A DNA stretch of 64,000 bases from Octopus vulgaris (Eukaryota): NCBI GenBank assembly GCA_951406725.2, contig OX597829.1, forward strand, positions 3,472,001-3,536,000. The letters are read 5' to 3'. Within the stretch, counting starts at the first letter, position 1. Each line of letters begins with the position of its first letter. Shown here in pieces: positions 13,630 to 26,000 of the stretch. The position numbers and the translations under genes are program-made. Under the pieces are notes generated by a model. That model did no database searches. It saw only the letters and a list, made by a program, of their open reading frames with translations, and was not told the DNA's origin.

Positions 13630-14189
13630 GTAAAATTCAGTGTTATTGATCATGAAATTTACCCCGTAAACAATATATATTGTGATTTGTGTTCCTGACT
13701 ATATTGTTGGCAGTAAATTATCATTAATCTCAGATTAATCAGTTAGGATAACCATTATCATCCAGCCACATCTCTTACACTACTGAAACCTCCACATCAA
13801 CTTTGCTGTACACAAATGTTCACTTATGTTCCCAACACTATTCCTTACATTCCTAACCATATCACCATCTAGATACCCCCAATATACCCTCCTCTTTGAT
13901 ACTATATATCCTTCATTAAGCAACTTTCTCAATCTATGTCTTTAATCAAATGTGTAAACAATTATGGTTAAGCTTTTATGGTTATATAAAGCATACACAT
14001 ACCCAGGTCTGTTCCCCATTTTTTAGGATGGGTATAGACACAACAAGACACACACCAGGCATTCCATTTATTTCCCAGCTCAAAGGGGCGAACCCTGTTC
14101 TCTGCTCAGGTCAAGGCATAGAACACAACCCTCAGTATCAGCAGTGAGGTTAGACAGCATCATGCTGGTATACCCCCGCTGTATCATTC

Positions 14190-14510
14190 TGGTTCTGTGC
14201 CCTTTTGTGGACAGATGAGTGAATTGATATTGCTCAAACACTCTCCAAGTTTTCCTATCATTTATAAACGCGCTTGCCTCTCTCACTCTAACATCCTGGT
14301 AAAGAGCTTGCCCTGCACCAGATGGCTGGACATGATTTGGGAAATTCTCGAGAGGCTTGATGTCACCTTGGAGGATGTAGAGGAGCTGACACGAGACTGC
14401 CAATGATGGGGAGCACTCGTGGACCTGGTCGGTTGTATGCATGATAGCATCTCCTGGATCACAACTTGGAATGACTCCAGACCCATCAAGCAAGAGCATC
14501 AAGCCAAGCC
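14190..14510 (+). mobile_element. LINE (RTE-like) ORF 3'-end relic
   Basis: TRWLDMIWEILERLDVTLEDVEELTRDCQ*WGALV resembles the LINE C-terminal RW.D.I..DL…DR..W motif. Confidence 0.55.
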
Positions 14511-15266
14511 ATTAAACAAAAAAAAATATATATATTTTAATCTTATCAATCATTAAAGTTGACTGTGATTTTACAATGTAGCAATTAATGAAAAAATCCA
14601 AAAGGAGAAAATAAATACATTTTTTAGTATTCTTTTAGCAGTTATTGAAGTATTTGTCAAAAGGCTTCGGGAAAATTTTAAAATGTGGATGAATATTTGA
14701 ATCAATGTTGTCAAACTAAAGTACTCGGTCAGTGCAGTGATTCTGTGCAATATTTATTGTAGAATGTCTGGCAGGCTGATAAAAAAAAAGCTAGAACTTT
14801 AGATGGATGATAAGCAGAGAAACATCCATATCTTAGTTGCATCATCCATAATGCATTAAATTAGTTGTGCTACTTGAATGAAATTATTGCTACTGCTGAA
14901 CAAACCAGCTGTAAAAGGGGGGAATGGGTGATGAGTATGGTACAAATTGTAACAATTTACATCATTGTCTGGACACATGATAATAAAAATATTGGCTGAT
15001 GTTTGCAGCAGAGATCACTAAAATGATATCAACATGAGTCACTGATGATCCTGATAAAATGTATTGAGTTGATACTGGAAAGTGTGTAGGATTGTAGATG
15101 CGAATTTAGTTTTGGTCTTCACAAACAAAATAACATTGGAACTAAGTTTAATGTGTTATATAGACTTCTCCAGTAAATAGTTGTTTAGGAAGTATGTTTA
15201 TAAACAATCAAAATGACAGCATTTTTTTCTAAAGTGTATACTAAAAGTTTTCTTCATAAATTGCAG

Positions 15267-15458
15267 AATACTATCAAAGAATTGTTTGATGAGCCTACTG
15301 GATTGCAGGCTCTTGCTAAAGAAAGGGAAACCAAGAAACGCATTGAGTGGCCGAAAGAAGCGAAAGTATTAACAACCACAACATCGGTACAAAAGCCAGC
15401 AGTGAACAAAGTTTCAGAACATGGAAAAGAATCTAATCTTATTACTCAATTGGAACAG
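15267..15458 (+). CDS. dom: domino exon (NTIKELFD…LITQLEQ)
   Basis: TI.ELF motif; TGCAG acceptor; donor CAG|GTAAAT; phase 0-0. Confidence 0.93.
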
Positions 15459-16636
15459 GTAAATATTGCATTAAATGCTTGGCGTAAACCTTATTTGATT
15501 TCAGTTGAAAAGGTGTTTGTTTATACACACACATATATTATTAGATAATAAATTCTTTGGTATACACCTGGTAGCTTATTGGTAAAGCACGTTCTCTTAC
15601 AGTGTTCATTGGGTGTCTGATTAATGAGAGAGATCAAAGATGGAAGATATGAGAATGCTTATTGACCATTATTGGCTTCAACCCATCTAGTGTTGATCCC
15701 TTGTATTTCCCATCTTCCGTTTCTCTCATTAATCATATATATATAATGTCAGCACAGTATGGTTAAATGCTTGAGAAGTTTGTGTTGCAACTGAGATTTT
15801 TTGATTCTGGTGCATTGGCATCTTGAGCAAATCATCTTCTTTAGCATCAGGTTGGCCCATGCTTTGTGCATTGAGAGAAACTGTATGAATGTTTATTTGA
15901 TGGGTTGTAGCTGTAATTCGAAGTTTCTACTTTGTCAAATAGTGTCATGCTAATTGTATCTGTGAATTTCTTTGAAGGTTATGTGGGGTTCTACTGATTC
16001 ACTTACATATTAAATTAGTGAGCTTGATAAGTATGATTGATTGAATAATTGAATACTCCCTGTTCTGACTGAGATCTGTGTATGTGTGTGTTTATGTAAT
16101 CGCTCATTTTAGTTCATCTGACAGGTTTGTTTGAGGTCATCCAACTATTTTTTAGAACCAATCTTTAGATTACCCATGAGCTTTAGGATGCAAAAATCTT
16201 CTGATTAAGGTGTTGGACTCATGGTCACAAGGTTGTTGGTTTTAATCCCAGGACTGCAGTGTTTTGTGCGAGTAGCAGCTGAGCACTGATGCAGTCCCCT
16301 CCTCTCTTTCTCTCCTGCTCTCAATTCCTGGATGGGAGTGCAGAGAGTGTGATTGTGTCTGCATATGGCTACATTGGCCATACTGTTGTTAATCGTTTTA
16401 GATGCCTATTCTATTGTCATTCTATTTGTGAGTAATGGCCATAATAAACCATGTCTTAAATTGTAGGTAAGAATATTTTAAACTCAATAAGATTAGTTAT
16501 TTTATTAAATTGCATCAAATCCTTGATGGCTTTAGAAATCAATTTAGGCATTAAGAATTTTTTTTTTCCTTGCAGTAAATTGACAAAAGAGTTAAATGTT
16601 TCAACATAATTTTAAACGTTAAAACATTTTTTTTAG

Positions 16637-16819
16637 GCATTGTGTAAAGCAGAGGATGAGACTGATGTTATGGCTGCTGATTTGGTAAAGGCTGAACAAA
16701 AAGCGGAATTAGCAGAATTTGATGAAAACATCCCTTGGGATGATAAGGAGGCTGAGAGGAAGCAAGATGAAGACGAAACATCTAAGGTTGAGATGGAATT
16801 GAGTCTTTTGGAAAAAGAG
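16637..16819 (+). CDS. dom: domino exon (ALCKAEDETDVMAADLVKAEQKAELAEFDENIPW…)
   Basis: Conserved AL..AEDE.D..AA…ELAEF motif; donor GAG|GTAAAT. Confidence 0.95.
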
Positions 16820-19250
16820 GTAAATAAGTTTTAACAATTGTCAAAGCTTTGTGGTTTTTTTTTTTTTTTTTTTTTTTTGGTGTCTTTGAAACATGTAAAG
16901 TTCACCCCTTGATGAGGGGCCATCATTCTGTGTATTGGAAATTGCAGTTTCAGAACTGAATTTTGTGTAAGTATATTATTTACTGATGAACATTAAAAGT
17001 AACATTTATGAAATGTACTTTTATTAACAAAATTTTGACCAACCAGTGTAGGGGCCTTTATGTAGTTGGTTAACCTGCTAGAAAGAACAGCCAAATTCTA
17101 ATAAAATCTTACCATTTTGCAATGATTCCCAAACATCTTGATATTAGTCCCAATCTTCAGAAAGATTTCTTCCCTCTTTTCATCACCACCACCACCATCA
17201 TCATATAATGTCCATGATCCCTACTGACATGGGTTGGATACTTTGACAAGTTTCCATGCATTCTGGTCTATTGTCTGTTTTGGCATGGTTTCTATGACTG
17301 GATGCTCTTCTTAATACCAACAACTTTACAGAGTGAAGTGGATGCTGTTTTCTGCAACCAACACTACTGAGGTTGCTATGCAGCTTGTAAGAGTATGAAC
17401 TCTGAGGAGGGAGCTTTATATTGGATGATGAGGGGTAAAAGTATGAGAAAAGAGGCCGGAGCAGAACAAATCCCTTGTTGTAGAGGGGCCATATGGCTAT
17501 TCATATGTTAGAAGTGAGGGTACAAGTGATTGGGTGGTTCAGGAAAACAATAAAAATAGTGGTGATGAGGTGGATAGCGGGGATAAAGGAACCAATGGTG
17601 TGGGTGGAGGTTGTAAGATTATTGGAGGAATAAGAGATAGGGAATGGGTGAATGGAGGTGTGGTTGGTGGATGATCAACAATGCATGAGTTATGGTAGGA
17701 AAGGGAAAGTAGGAGAAGTATGAGAGAGAGATGGCAGGGATGGACAATGGGGAGAGAGATGGTGGCAGGTATAGTGCATGAGAATGAGAGACAGGAGGAG
17801 GAGGAGAGATAATTTTGTGATTCAGTGGCACTTGGTGATGGTGAAAGGGGTGATCAGTGAAAGTGTAATTGAATAGAACAATGTTAATGGATGGAGGGTG
17901 GATAACAGATGAAATGATTCTGGGTAGTAAAAAGTGATATCAAGGAAGAACTGCAGTCAGGGAGACAATGGGTGATGGTGATGTCTTCAAGAGGAAGGTA
18001 ACTAAAGAACCTAGTTGTACATACATATATATATATATATTTGTGTGTGTAGGTTTTATTTACATACACACATACCTACATACAGCTTTATCAGAACTCA
18101 TTTTTGCTGGAGTGAGTGGGTCTTTTTTGAGAACTGCTTGTATCCATATAATTCTTTCTTACACCAGTCTTGGACAAGTTTAAAAACCATCTTGGTTTTG
18201 TTAAATATAGCAATTTATTTGGATCTGTTTCAATATTTGCAGCAGCACTAAGCTCCCCAAACATGTCCATACAATCTTAAAGGGAGAACCATAGAAACAC
18301 CAACAGTAATTAAGATAGAATAGTCAGGTTTCATTTGATTATAAATCTCTTTAATCAATCCTGAAACAATTTAACCCTTTAGCATCCAAATTACATTGCT
18401 AAATGTATTGCTTAGACATGATATTTTAAGGTAGATGTGAAAGGCTAGATCTGGTTAGTTTAAACATAAAAAAAGGGTAGAATATTTGGTCTTGAAGGTA
18501 GGAAGGTAGGATTAAATATTATGGGGCTAAACCACTCAATTACGTCATAATGTTGGTTGTATAAATACAACCAATATATATATATATATATATGCACTTT
18601 TGACAAGTTGTGGTGCACCTGAGCACTGTATACAATAATTTCATTATTATTAATTTTTTTATATTGGTAAATTGCTACAAAAATAGATAAATTTTAAAGG
18701 TTACTCATTCTTTTATTAATTCTGAGTTTTAAAAAAGAACATATTTTAGTAGATACCTTTTTACCCTCATTTCCTACTGGGGTAGCCAAGTATTCCTTCT
18801 ACAGCAAGACTTATCTCTATGCCTCAATTATACTTTAACCACTCAACTGGTACAAACCCAGCTCCCTCAGTACTGCTTTCTCTCCCACTTGAAAGGTCTT
18901 TGTTTTGCAAGTTACTTGGTGACCCTGTTGTTGGTCGCATGTAAAAAGCACCCAGTACGCTCCAGCCACAGAAACCTTACCAAAGCAGACAATGAAGCCT
19001 ACTGCAACTCTCTGGCTTGCAAGCTCTAGTCAAACTGTCCAACCCATGCCAACAAAGAAGATAGACATTAAATGATAATTATTCTTCCATCCCTTGTTAA
19101 CCAAAGCAAGTTATAATGAAAGCTCTTTATCTTCTTTTTTTTGTCCAGTTCTTTTTCTCAGTATTTATATTTTCTAATATTATTTTTTAAATTCCAAAAT
19201 CAAAATTTGGTGTTTAAAATTTATATAATTCCTTCAATTTTCTTTTGAAG

Positions 19251-19334
19251 CTATCTCCTGTTGAGCGGTATGCTGTCCTTTTCTTGGAAACCCAAATGGA
19301 ACCATTCTGTAGTGAGGAGCTTCAGATGGCAGAA
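19251..19334 (+). CDS. dom: domino exon (LSPVERYAVLFLETQMEPFCSEELQMAE)
   Basis: Resembles SRCAP LTPIERYAMKFLE; GAAG acceptor; donor GAA|GTAAGT; absent from the ORF track. Confidence 0.93.
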
Positions 19335-19553
19335 GTAAGTAAAATTAATTTTTAAAGCCTGAGTTTGTTTGCATGCATTTGTGTATTTATTTCTTTGATG
19401 TTTACCTTTAAAACGTTTTCATTTTCTTGTCATAAAATTTAAAAGAGTTAATTAAAATATTTTTTTGTGTGATTAATATACAGTTGTAATTGAAGTAAAA
19501 ATTTAACAAAGATAAAATTGACTAATTAAGAATGTGTGCATTTTGTTTTGTAG

Positions 19554-19688
19554 GAAGATATTGAGAGTGCTAAAAAAGACTGGGAGTTGGCACGACTCAA
19601 ATCTCTGAAAGAAGAGGAAGAAATAAGAGCTGAATTAGAAGAAGATGAGATGCTGTTTACATATACAAGGGATGATGCATATAATCAG
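19554..19688 (+). CDS. dom: last shared exon segment (EDIESAKKDWELARL…MLFTYTRDDAYNQ), short form for the DOM-A/EP400-like isoform
   Basis: TTTTGTAG acceptor; internal donor CAG|GTGAAA; YTRDDAY resembles EP400 YTREDAY. Confidence 0.88.
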
Positions 19689-22196
19689 GTGAAAAAATCT
19701 AAGTCTAAAAAGAATTCTGGTAACAAAAGCAATAAGAAAAAGAGTAATTATAAGAATTTTAATAGTAGGCAAAACTCTTCTGATGAAAAGATAACTTCTA
19801 GCCGTAAGAGTTCTCGAAGATCTGCTGCTAGCTCAGACATTGCTAAATCTCGGAGCAATGGACTAAGTAGCTCTAGAAAGTCACTCATTAATAATAATGA
19901 AAAAGATGAAAACAGTTCAAGTCGGGGTGGGAAAATGAAGGGCATTAATTCCGTAAGATCTGAACACTCTTCACCAGTAAACACTGGTATGTTGAAGCAT
20001 GCTCTTAAGAAGGATGTTTCAAAGATTCCATCCAATCCTAGTACCCAAAACAAGGCTACTTCAAATCAAAAAGTGCTAAATCTTAATTCCATTTCCAGTA
20101 AGAACACTAATTCTGTAATTAACACCAAAACATCTGCTTCTAGTACTGTTGGCAATCAAAAGTTGGTAGGGTCTAAAAGAGCTAAAAAAGGAGTTGGGGC
20201 TAAAAAGAAGGTAGGCGGTCCTGGTAGAAAACCGGTTGGTTCAGGCAAAAAAGGTGCTGGGTCTAAGAAATCCAATACCAAAAAGGCTAACTCTAACAAA
20301 GTTGCATCTACTAAGAAGTTATCAGGTGGTGTAATATCTAAAAAATCAGCTGCTACATCAACAGTTGGTACATCCACTACTAGTACTACTACTAGCAAGA
20401 AAGGGTCACAGGTAAATTCTGTTAAAAAAATTAAAGTGAATTCAAAGAAACTGCTTAGAGCTACCCTAATAGCTCAGGAGAAACTAGCTGCTGATTTACA
20501 GGTAGCGGCCACTACGGCTGCTTCAACACCTGTTCCAGTTTCTTCTGCTAGGATATTAGAAACGGCCATAAAAGTTTCAGAACATGTGAAAGTAGAGTCG
20601 AAATCAACCAGCAAACTACCAACCAATACAACCGTAAAAGTGTTGTCAGCAGCGGCAAAAACTACTCATACCTTATCAGTTAGCACATCCACTCAAATGG
20701 CTTGTGCATCACCTGTTAGCACCTCTGTCACACGTGTTTTGCCTGTGACTTCCACTGGAACTTCTGTTCCACATATTGTTCCAGTCAGTGCAGCTACATG
20801 CATTGTATCTGGATCAACAGCTGCTCGTGTCTGGACAACCTTAGCTCAAAAAGTACCAATTGGTCATATGATGCCAATCAGAGCTTTAGGACAAAAAATA
20901 CAGGTGCCAATGTCGGCTTTAACTCAAAAAGTACCTGTCAATACTATCACTCAAAAAGTACCTATTTCAACTATAACTCAAGTTCCTGTGTCTGCTATTA
21001 CCCAAGTTCCTATTAGTAGTATCACTCAAGTACCTGTCTCTGCTATATCTCAGAAGAAGGTACCTGTGTCCACTATAACTCATGTCCCTGTGTCTGCTAT
21101 TACACAGAAAATACCTGGAACTGCTGTTACTCAAGTCCCCATTACAGCAATCACACAGAAGGTTCCTATTAAAACCTATTCCCAAAAGGTTCCTGTCACT
21201 ACTATCACACAAAAGGTGCCAATTACTACAATAACACAGAAGATACCCTCTCAAAAGGTTCCTGTACCTATTGCTACACATAAGATACCTGTAACTTTTG
21301 CTACACAGAAACTTCCAGTATCTGTCTTACAGCAGAAACTTCCGGTATCTGTCTTACAGCAGAAACTCCCAGTATCTGTCTTACAACAGAAACTTCCAGT
21401 AACTATTGCAGCACAGAAATTACCTACAACTTCTCTTACTCCAAAGTTTATAGTTTCTACTCCAACTCAAAAACTTTTATTTTCCACTCCAACCCAAAAG
21501 CTATTGGTTCCAACTCAAGCACAAAAGCTATTAGTCACCTCATCAACTCAAAAGATTTTAGTATCGGCTCCTACGCAAAAACTATTAGTTGCAACCCCTA
21601 CTCAAACGCATCTAGTTTCTACTGCACCAAGCCAAAAATTACCCCTGATATCAACTCCTACCCAAACTGTGCCAGTGTCCACTATTCTTCCTAAGGCAGC
21701 AGTTACCACTTCAGCTACACAGAATTGCCCAACTGTCAATCATGTCGGTGTTGAAAGTGTTTTAAGTGGTTCTCCTACAATCCCTGTTAAGTATACACAG
21801 GTTGTCCCTGCTCCACTTATCTCTATTCCAGTAACCACGGCAACGTCCAGTCCTCAGCCTTGGTCAAATCCAAATCTTGTGATACGAACCCGACGGGCTT
21901 CTATGCAAGAGTCTAAGAAGCGGGCAGATACTTCAGAGAGTGTTGATGCAGATGACGGTGTGGAAAAAGAGTCAGCAGAGCATGTTATAAATGTAACAAA
22001 TAAGCTGAATAATATCATTATAGACTTACCTGAAAGTCTACTTACAACAGATACGCTAACAAATAGTGGAGGAAGTCAGATAGTGCAAATATCACATCCT
22101 AACTATAAACAGCAGAACTTAAATGGGCCAGATTTGTCCAACAAAATCAGTAGCAATTGTGTTGGGTCTGGTGACATCTTACCTGAAAATGGTTGA
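19554..22196 (+). CDS. dom: extended terminal exon, DOM-B/SRCAP-like isoform (835 extra aa; basic K/S region, TQKVP repeats)
   Basis: Unbroken 2.5-kb in-frame ORF past the internal donor to TGA 22194-22196, in AT-rich DNA where chance ORFs are short; repeat copies differ mainly at third codon positions. Confidence 0.87.
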   Translation, partial: EDIESAKKDWELARLKSLKEEEEIRAELEEDEMLFTYTRDDAYNQVKKSKSKKNSGNKSNKKKSNYKNFNSRQNSSDEKITSSRKSSRRSAASSDIAKSRSNGLSSSRKSLINNNEKDENSSSRGGKMKGINSVRSEHSSPVNTGMLKHALKKDVSKIPSNPSTQNKATSNQKVLNLNSISSKNTNSVINTKTSASSTVGNQKLVGSKRAKKGVGAKKKVGGPGRKPVGSGKKGAGSKKSNTKKANSNKVASTKKLSGGVISKKSAATSTVGTSTTSTTTSKKGSQVNSVKKIKVNSKKLLRATLIAQEKLAADLQVAATTAASTPVPVSSARILETAIKVSEHVKVESKSTSKLPTNTTVKVLSAAAKTTHTLSVSTSTQMACASPVSTSVTRVLPVTSTGTSVPHIVPVSAATCIVSGSTAARVWTTLAQKVPIGHMMPIRALGQKIQVPMSALTQKVPVNTITQKVPISTITQVPVSAITQVPISSITQVPVSAISQKKVPVSTITHVPVSAITQKIPGTAVTQVPITAITQKVPIKTYSQKVPVTTITQKVPITTITQKIPSQKVPVPIATHKIPVTFATQKLPVSVLQQKLPVSVLQQKLPVSVLQQKLPVTIAAQKLPTTSLTPKFIVSTPTQKLLFSTPTQKLLVPTQAQKLLVTSSTQKILVSAPTQKLLVATPTQTHLVSTAPSQKLPLISTPTQTVPVSTILPKAAVTTSATQNCPTVNHVGVESVLSGSPTIPVKYTQVVPAPLISIPVTTATSSPQPWSNPNLVIRTRRASMQESKKRADTSESVDADDGVEKESAEHVINVTNKLNNIIIDLPESLLTTDTLTNSGGSQIVQISHPNYKQQNLNGPDLSNKISSNCVGSGDILPENG
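20841..21680 (+). repeat. coding degenerate tandem repeat (8-10 aa, TQK/TQV-(V/L/I)P), including 3 near-perfect 27-nt units QKLPVSVLQ at 21306-21386
   Basis: Visible directly in the DNA and its translation. Confidence 0.9.
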
Positions 22197-22536
22197 TTAC
22201 TCTATTAATCAAGTAGAACATTTAATTTTAAACCTGGAAAAAAAAAATGTATATTTGTATATGTATACATACACACATTCACCTTTCTCTGACATGTGCA
22301 AGTATATGTTATTGTATACATACGTATGTTTACTCACATGCATGTGCACACACGTAGTGCTTTTTACTATGGTGTATGTATGTGTGTGTGTGTGTATGTA
22401 ACGTCTGTAACTTGAATTACCATCTGCCAACGTAGGTACTGAATTCAATAGGAAGTTGCTCGAGATGTTAAACATTGTGGGAAGACTTTGTGATACATTT
22501 CAGATCGAAAAAATGGAGACATGCATATGTAGGCAG

Positions 22537-22574
<38 letters not shown>

Positions 22575-23093
22575 AATATATGTTGTATATATTATTTTAC
22601 ATATATTTAATATATATTACAATATATTTGTATATTTTTACTATATCTACACACATTACATATACATGCATATATATTTTATGCACACACACTCACATAC
22701 ACACACATATACATGTATTCATGTATTTATATTAATATTTGTATAGTGTGTGTGTGTGTATATATATATATTTACATATGTATATAGACATATGTATATT
22801 ATGTGTGTGTGTATATATAATATATGCTATATGTGTTTGTGTGTGTATATATAATGTACATATATACGTATGTTTCAACATATGTATATATATATTAACA
22901 TATGCAAGTTGACGATCAACTGTTGGTAAAGATTGAGAGAAAAAATGCAACATCTGGCAGTTTTTTGTACTGCATGTAAAAGATTTTCAGGGCTTAATGG
23001 TATTGTTGTGATATCTCAAGGCGAAGAAAAAAATTATTATGTAAGATATTTAACTCAAGAATTTTTTTTTTTTTTTTTCTTTTTTCTGTGAAA

Positions 23094-23099
23094 AATAAA
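23094..23099 (+). promoter_or_regulatory. candidate intronic poly(A) signal for the B isoform
   Basis: AATAAA about 900 nt after the B stop, with a U-rich tract upstream and GU-rich sequence downstream; other AATAAAs exist further on (e.g. 23452). Confidence 0.35.
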
Positions 23100-26000
23100 T
23101 GACTGAACAAACCTTTCTGTTGGTTATCGGCATCTCATTCCTGGTATGTGTGTTCTGTCGCTGTGTGTGTAAATAAGCAGGGGCACTGCTCTGATGATTC
23201 AAGGTTTTGGTGTCAACCTTTTTTCTCAACAATTAGTTCATCTCATTTCATTGGTGCATTGCAGTTCCTGGAGCTCCTCCTCTTCAACTACTTTTCCTCT
23301 TTTTTTTTTTTTTAAATCCATCCATCCATCTTTCCAACCGACCAACCATCCATCCAACCATCTTTATAAAAATGGCAACAGTGATCTATTTATCTATATA
23401 TGTATATATACACACTTATGTATATATATATAAAGTACACACCATACATACAATAAATTATATACAACATATTATGTACACAAAATTTTAAACGTATTAA
23501 GAAAATTGTTTCTAGAAAAAAAACCATTGAAATAAGTTTTACAAAAAGTACTTGTGATTGAAATTGGGTTTTGAAAAAATTCATATTTTCTAATGTGCAT
23601 GATTTAAAAATTACATTAATAATCACTTTTGACAAGTTTTAGAGAAGATGTTAATTTCTATTATTGATTAATTTCAAATGGTATTTAATGCGAAATTATA
23701 TTTTGTAGTTAGTCTGTTTGTATAAGATTTGATGTATTTCAATTGCAAAAATATTTAGTATAATACCATTATTAAACATTTGTGTGAAACTGCTAAATTA
23801 AATTCTTTTCTCAAATTATATAGTGACTATAATTTTTTGTCATGAGATAGGATTTTGGTTGGTTAAGCTTTTGATTTGGGGAAATCTTTGAAGAAAAATT
23901 TGTATCATTTGTCTCCATTGTATAGACATATGGTATAGTTATCATTTTATTAGCAGGCGTATTATTGGCTATCTTAAAAAAAAAAAAAGAAAAACTGGCT
24001 TTTTTAGAGAACAAAAATTTAGATGTTTGAAATAGACAAAATATTGAAAACAATAATTGTATCACTGTCAATCAGTGTGTTAAATTTCCTCTCTCCTTGT
24101 CTTCCCCTCCTCCTACTTTCTTTTCATATATTAAAATCTCTTGTCTCCTGTTCTATTAGAAAATGCTGAAATGATATCCATCTTTTTATCATGAATAAAT
24201 CTCTAAGTTACCCCCTAAGTTTGAAAACTTTTTTAAGAAATATCCAAAAATTTCTGACTAGGCACCAAATACCTTGTATCATGCTGTGCCTTGCCAGGCA
24301 GCTCCTTACACCAAGGAAATGAGATGCTGGTTGACTGCAGAATAGGTTTTTAATAACCATATTCAGCCGTGAATCACTATATGCTCACTATATTTTATTG
24401 AGCTATAATGTGTGCTTACCAGGTACCTGTCAAATAAGCACTCGATAGCTCTTTCATTATCTACATTTTGGACCTAAGTACATTTTTGTGTTGCCATGAA
24501 CATGTTGTTTTATTAAATCTTCAAATTCCCTAAAAATAATCAGTAATTTTTATTTTATATCTTACAAAATGAATTTTAAAAAGTACCTAATATTTTCTTC
24601 ATCCAGCCATATAAGCATAAATTAATTCCCGTTTTATCCAATTTCAATTATGAATCTTATTCTGCACTGCAACATTGCTTAGTTTATGGTATTTCAAACC
24701 TGTTTAGTGAAAAATTAATATACTAAAATTAAATGTACAAAAAGATATAAAGGATTCATGTACTGGTTGCAGATATAGTCGACTCCTTGTTTAGGTTTCC
24801 AATCTAAAAATAACTCTTTTCCACTAGTGATGTGAGCCCTTAAAAAAAAGTTGGTCTTGTAAACACATTTTCCCTTCTCTTTATTAAAATATCAACTAAT
24901 TTGTTATATGGACAGTATAAAAAGCTTAGAAGTTGAAGCCTATCTGTAGATGACAACTGATATAGAAACAGGGCTTTTTTTTCTAAACACATTTTAAAGT
25001 TACATGTAATGTTCACTGTAGAGTTTTTGAATGGTAAACAAAGACACTTTACTCTGATTGTTGCTGTTTAACCACAGGTTTTTCCTGATTATGTAGACCT
25101 CTTGTTGATGATAATCACTTGCAACAACTTTATATTCAGAAATTTCTTTTTAAATAAAATGGTATTTAAACTGAGATTTAATTGTTAAATGAGCCAAGAG
25201 GAGACTGCTTGTTCAACTTGTTAGATAGTAGTTGAGTCTCCCTGTAATTATACCCTACTCTTAAATAAGAACGGGTAACATGAGGAAATGTTGTCATAGA
25301 TAAATCTAAGACAGTTGGCTGTAGTTGGGATACCTTAGATCATGAATCTACTTGATAAGAAGAGGGAGTGAACAAATCATGAGTAAAAAGAGATTTCTCT
25401 GGGTCAGTCATCCTCCTGGAAGTAACAGTTAAATCACTTTGATTGTCCCTTGGTGGATCAGGAAAGAAAGAAAAAGAAAAAAAAGAGACAGGTTAATGTA
25501 GTCTGAATTAAGACTTCCTTCAAAATAAGACAGAATGGTCATGGTTGGAATATCTTTAATGATAGGTTTATGAATTAAGTTTGACCTTGATTAAACAAGA
25601 CTTGTTGTTAAAAGGAATGTCTGTGAGATATTAGGACATCTCACAGCACACCCAAGAATACAATATATATCCTGAATGTCAATCAAGGCAATACAACTAG
25701 CAATAGCTTCACTTGTTTTATTTCTTCCTCTTTTAAAAATAGATAAAAAGTAAGATTTTGATTTAAAATTATGAATTTCAAAATTAACTCAAGTAGCATT
25801 CTTTAGGGTGCTTCAGTTTTCTCCCTTTATGCTTAGAAAATGGTTTGTTTGAAGAACATAAAAAAGGTACTTTAAAAAAATCACAAAAGCAATTCATAGT
25901 TTTAAATCTTACATAATAATATTTCACACATTTTGAGAAACACTTTGTTGAGTTGTGCCCTTGCTCATTAATTTAGATGTTGAAAATTTTGTGAAATTGT

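Noticed and set aside
16895-16965. Possible C/D-box snoRNA (TGATGA…CTGA)
   Set aside because: Non-consensus C box, too short, and no recognisable rRNA guide
19748-21281. Antisense and alternative-frame ORFs over the long exon
   Set aside because: Shadows of the coding strand with no independent signals
19587-22196. 869-aa ORF as an independent intronless gene or mucin
   Set aside because: Its 'start' is a TTG inside a spliced domino exon, and it is in frame with upstream exons via the acceptor at 19553
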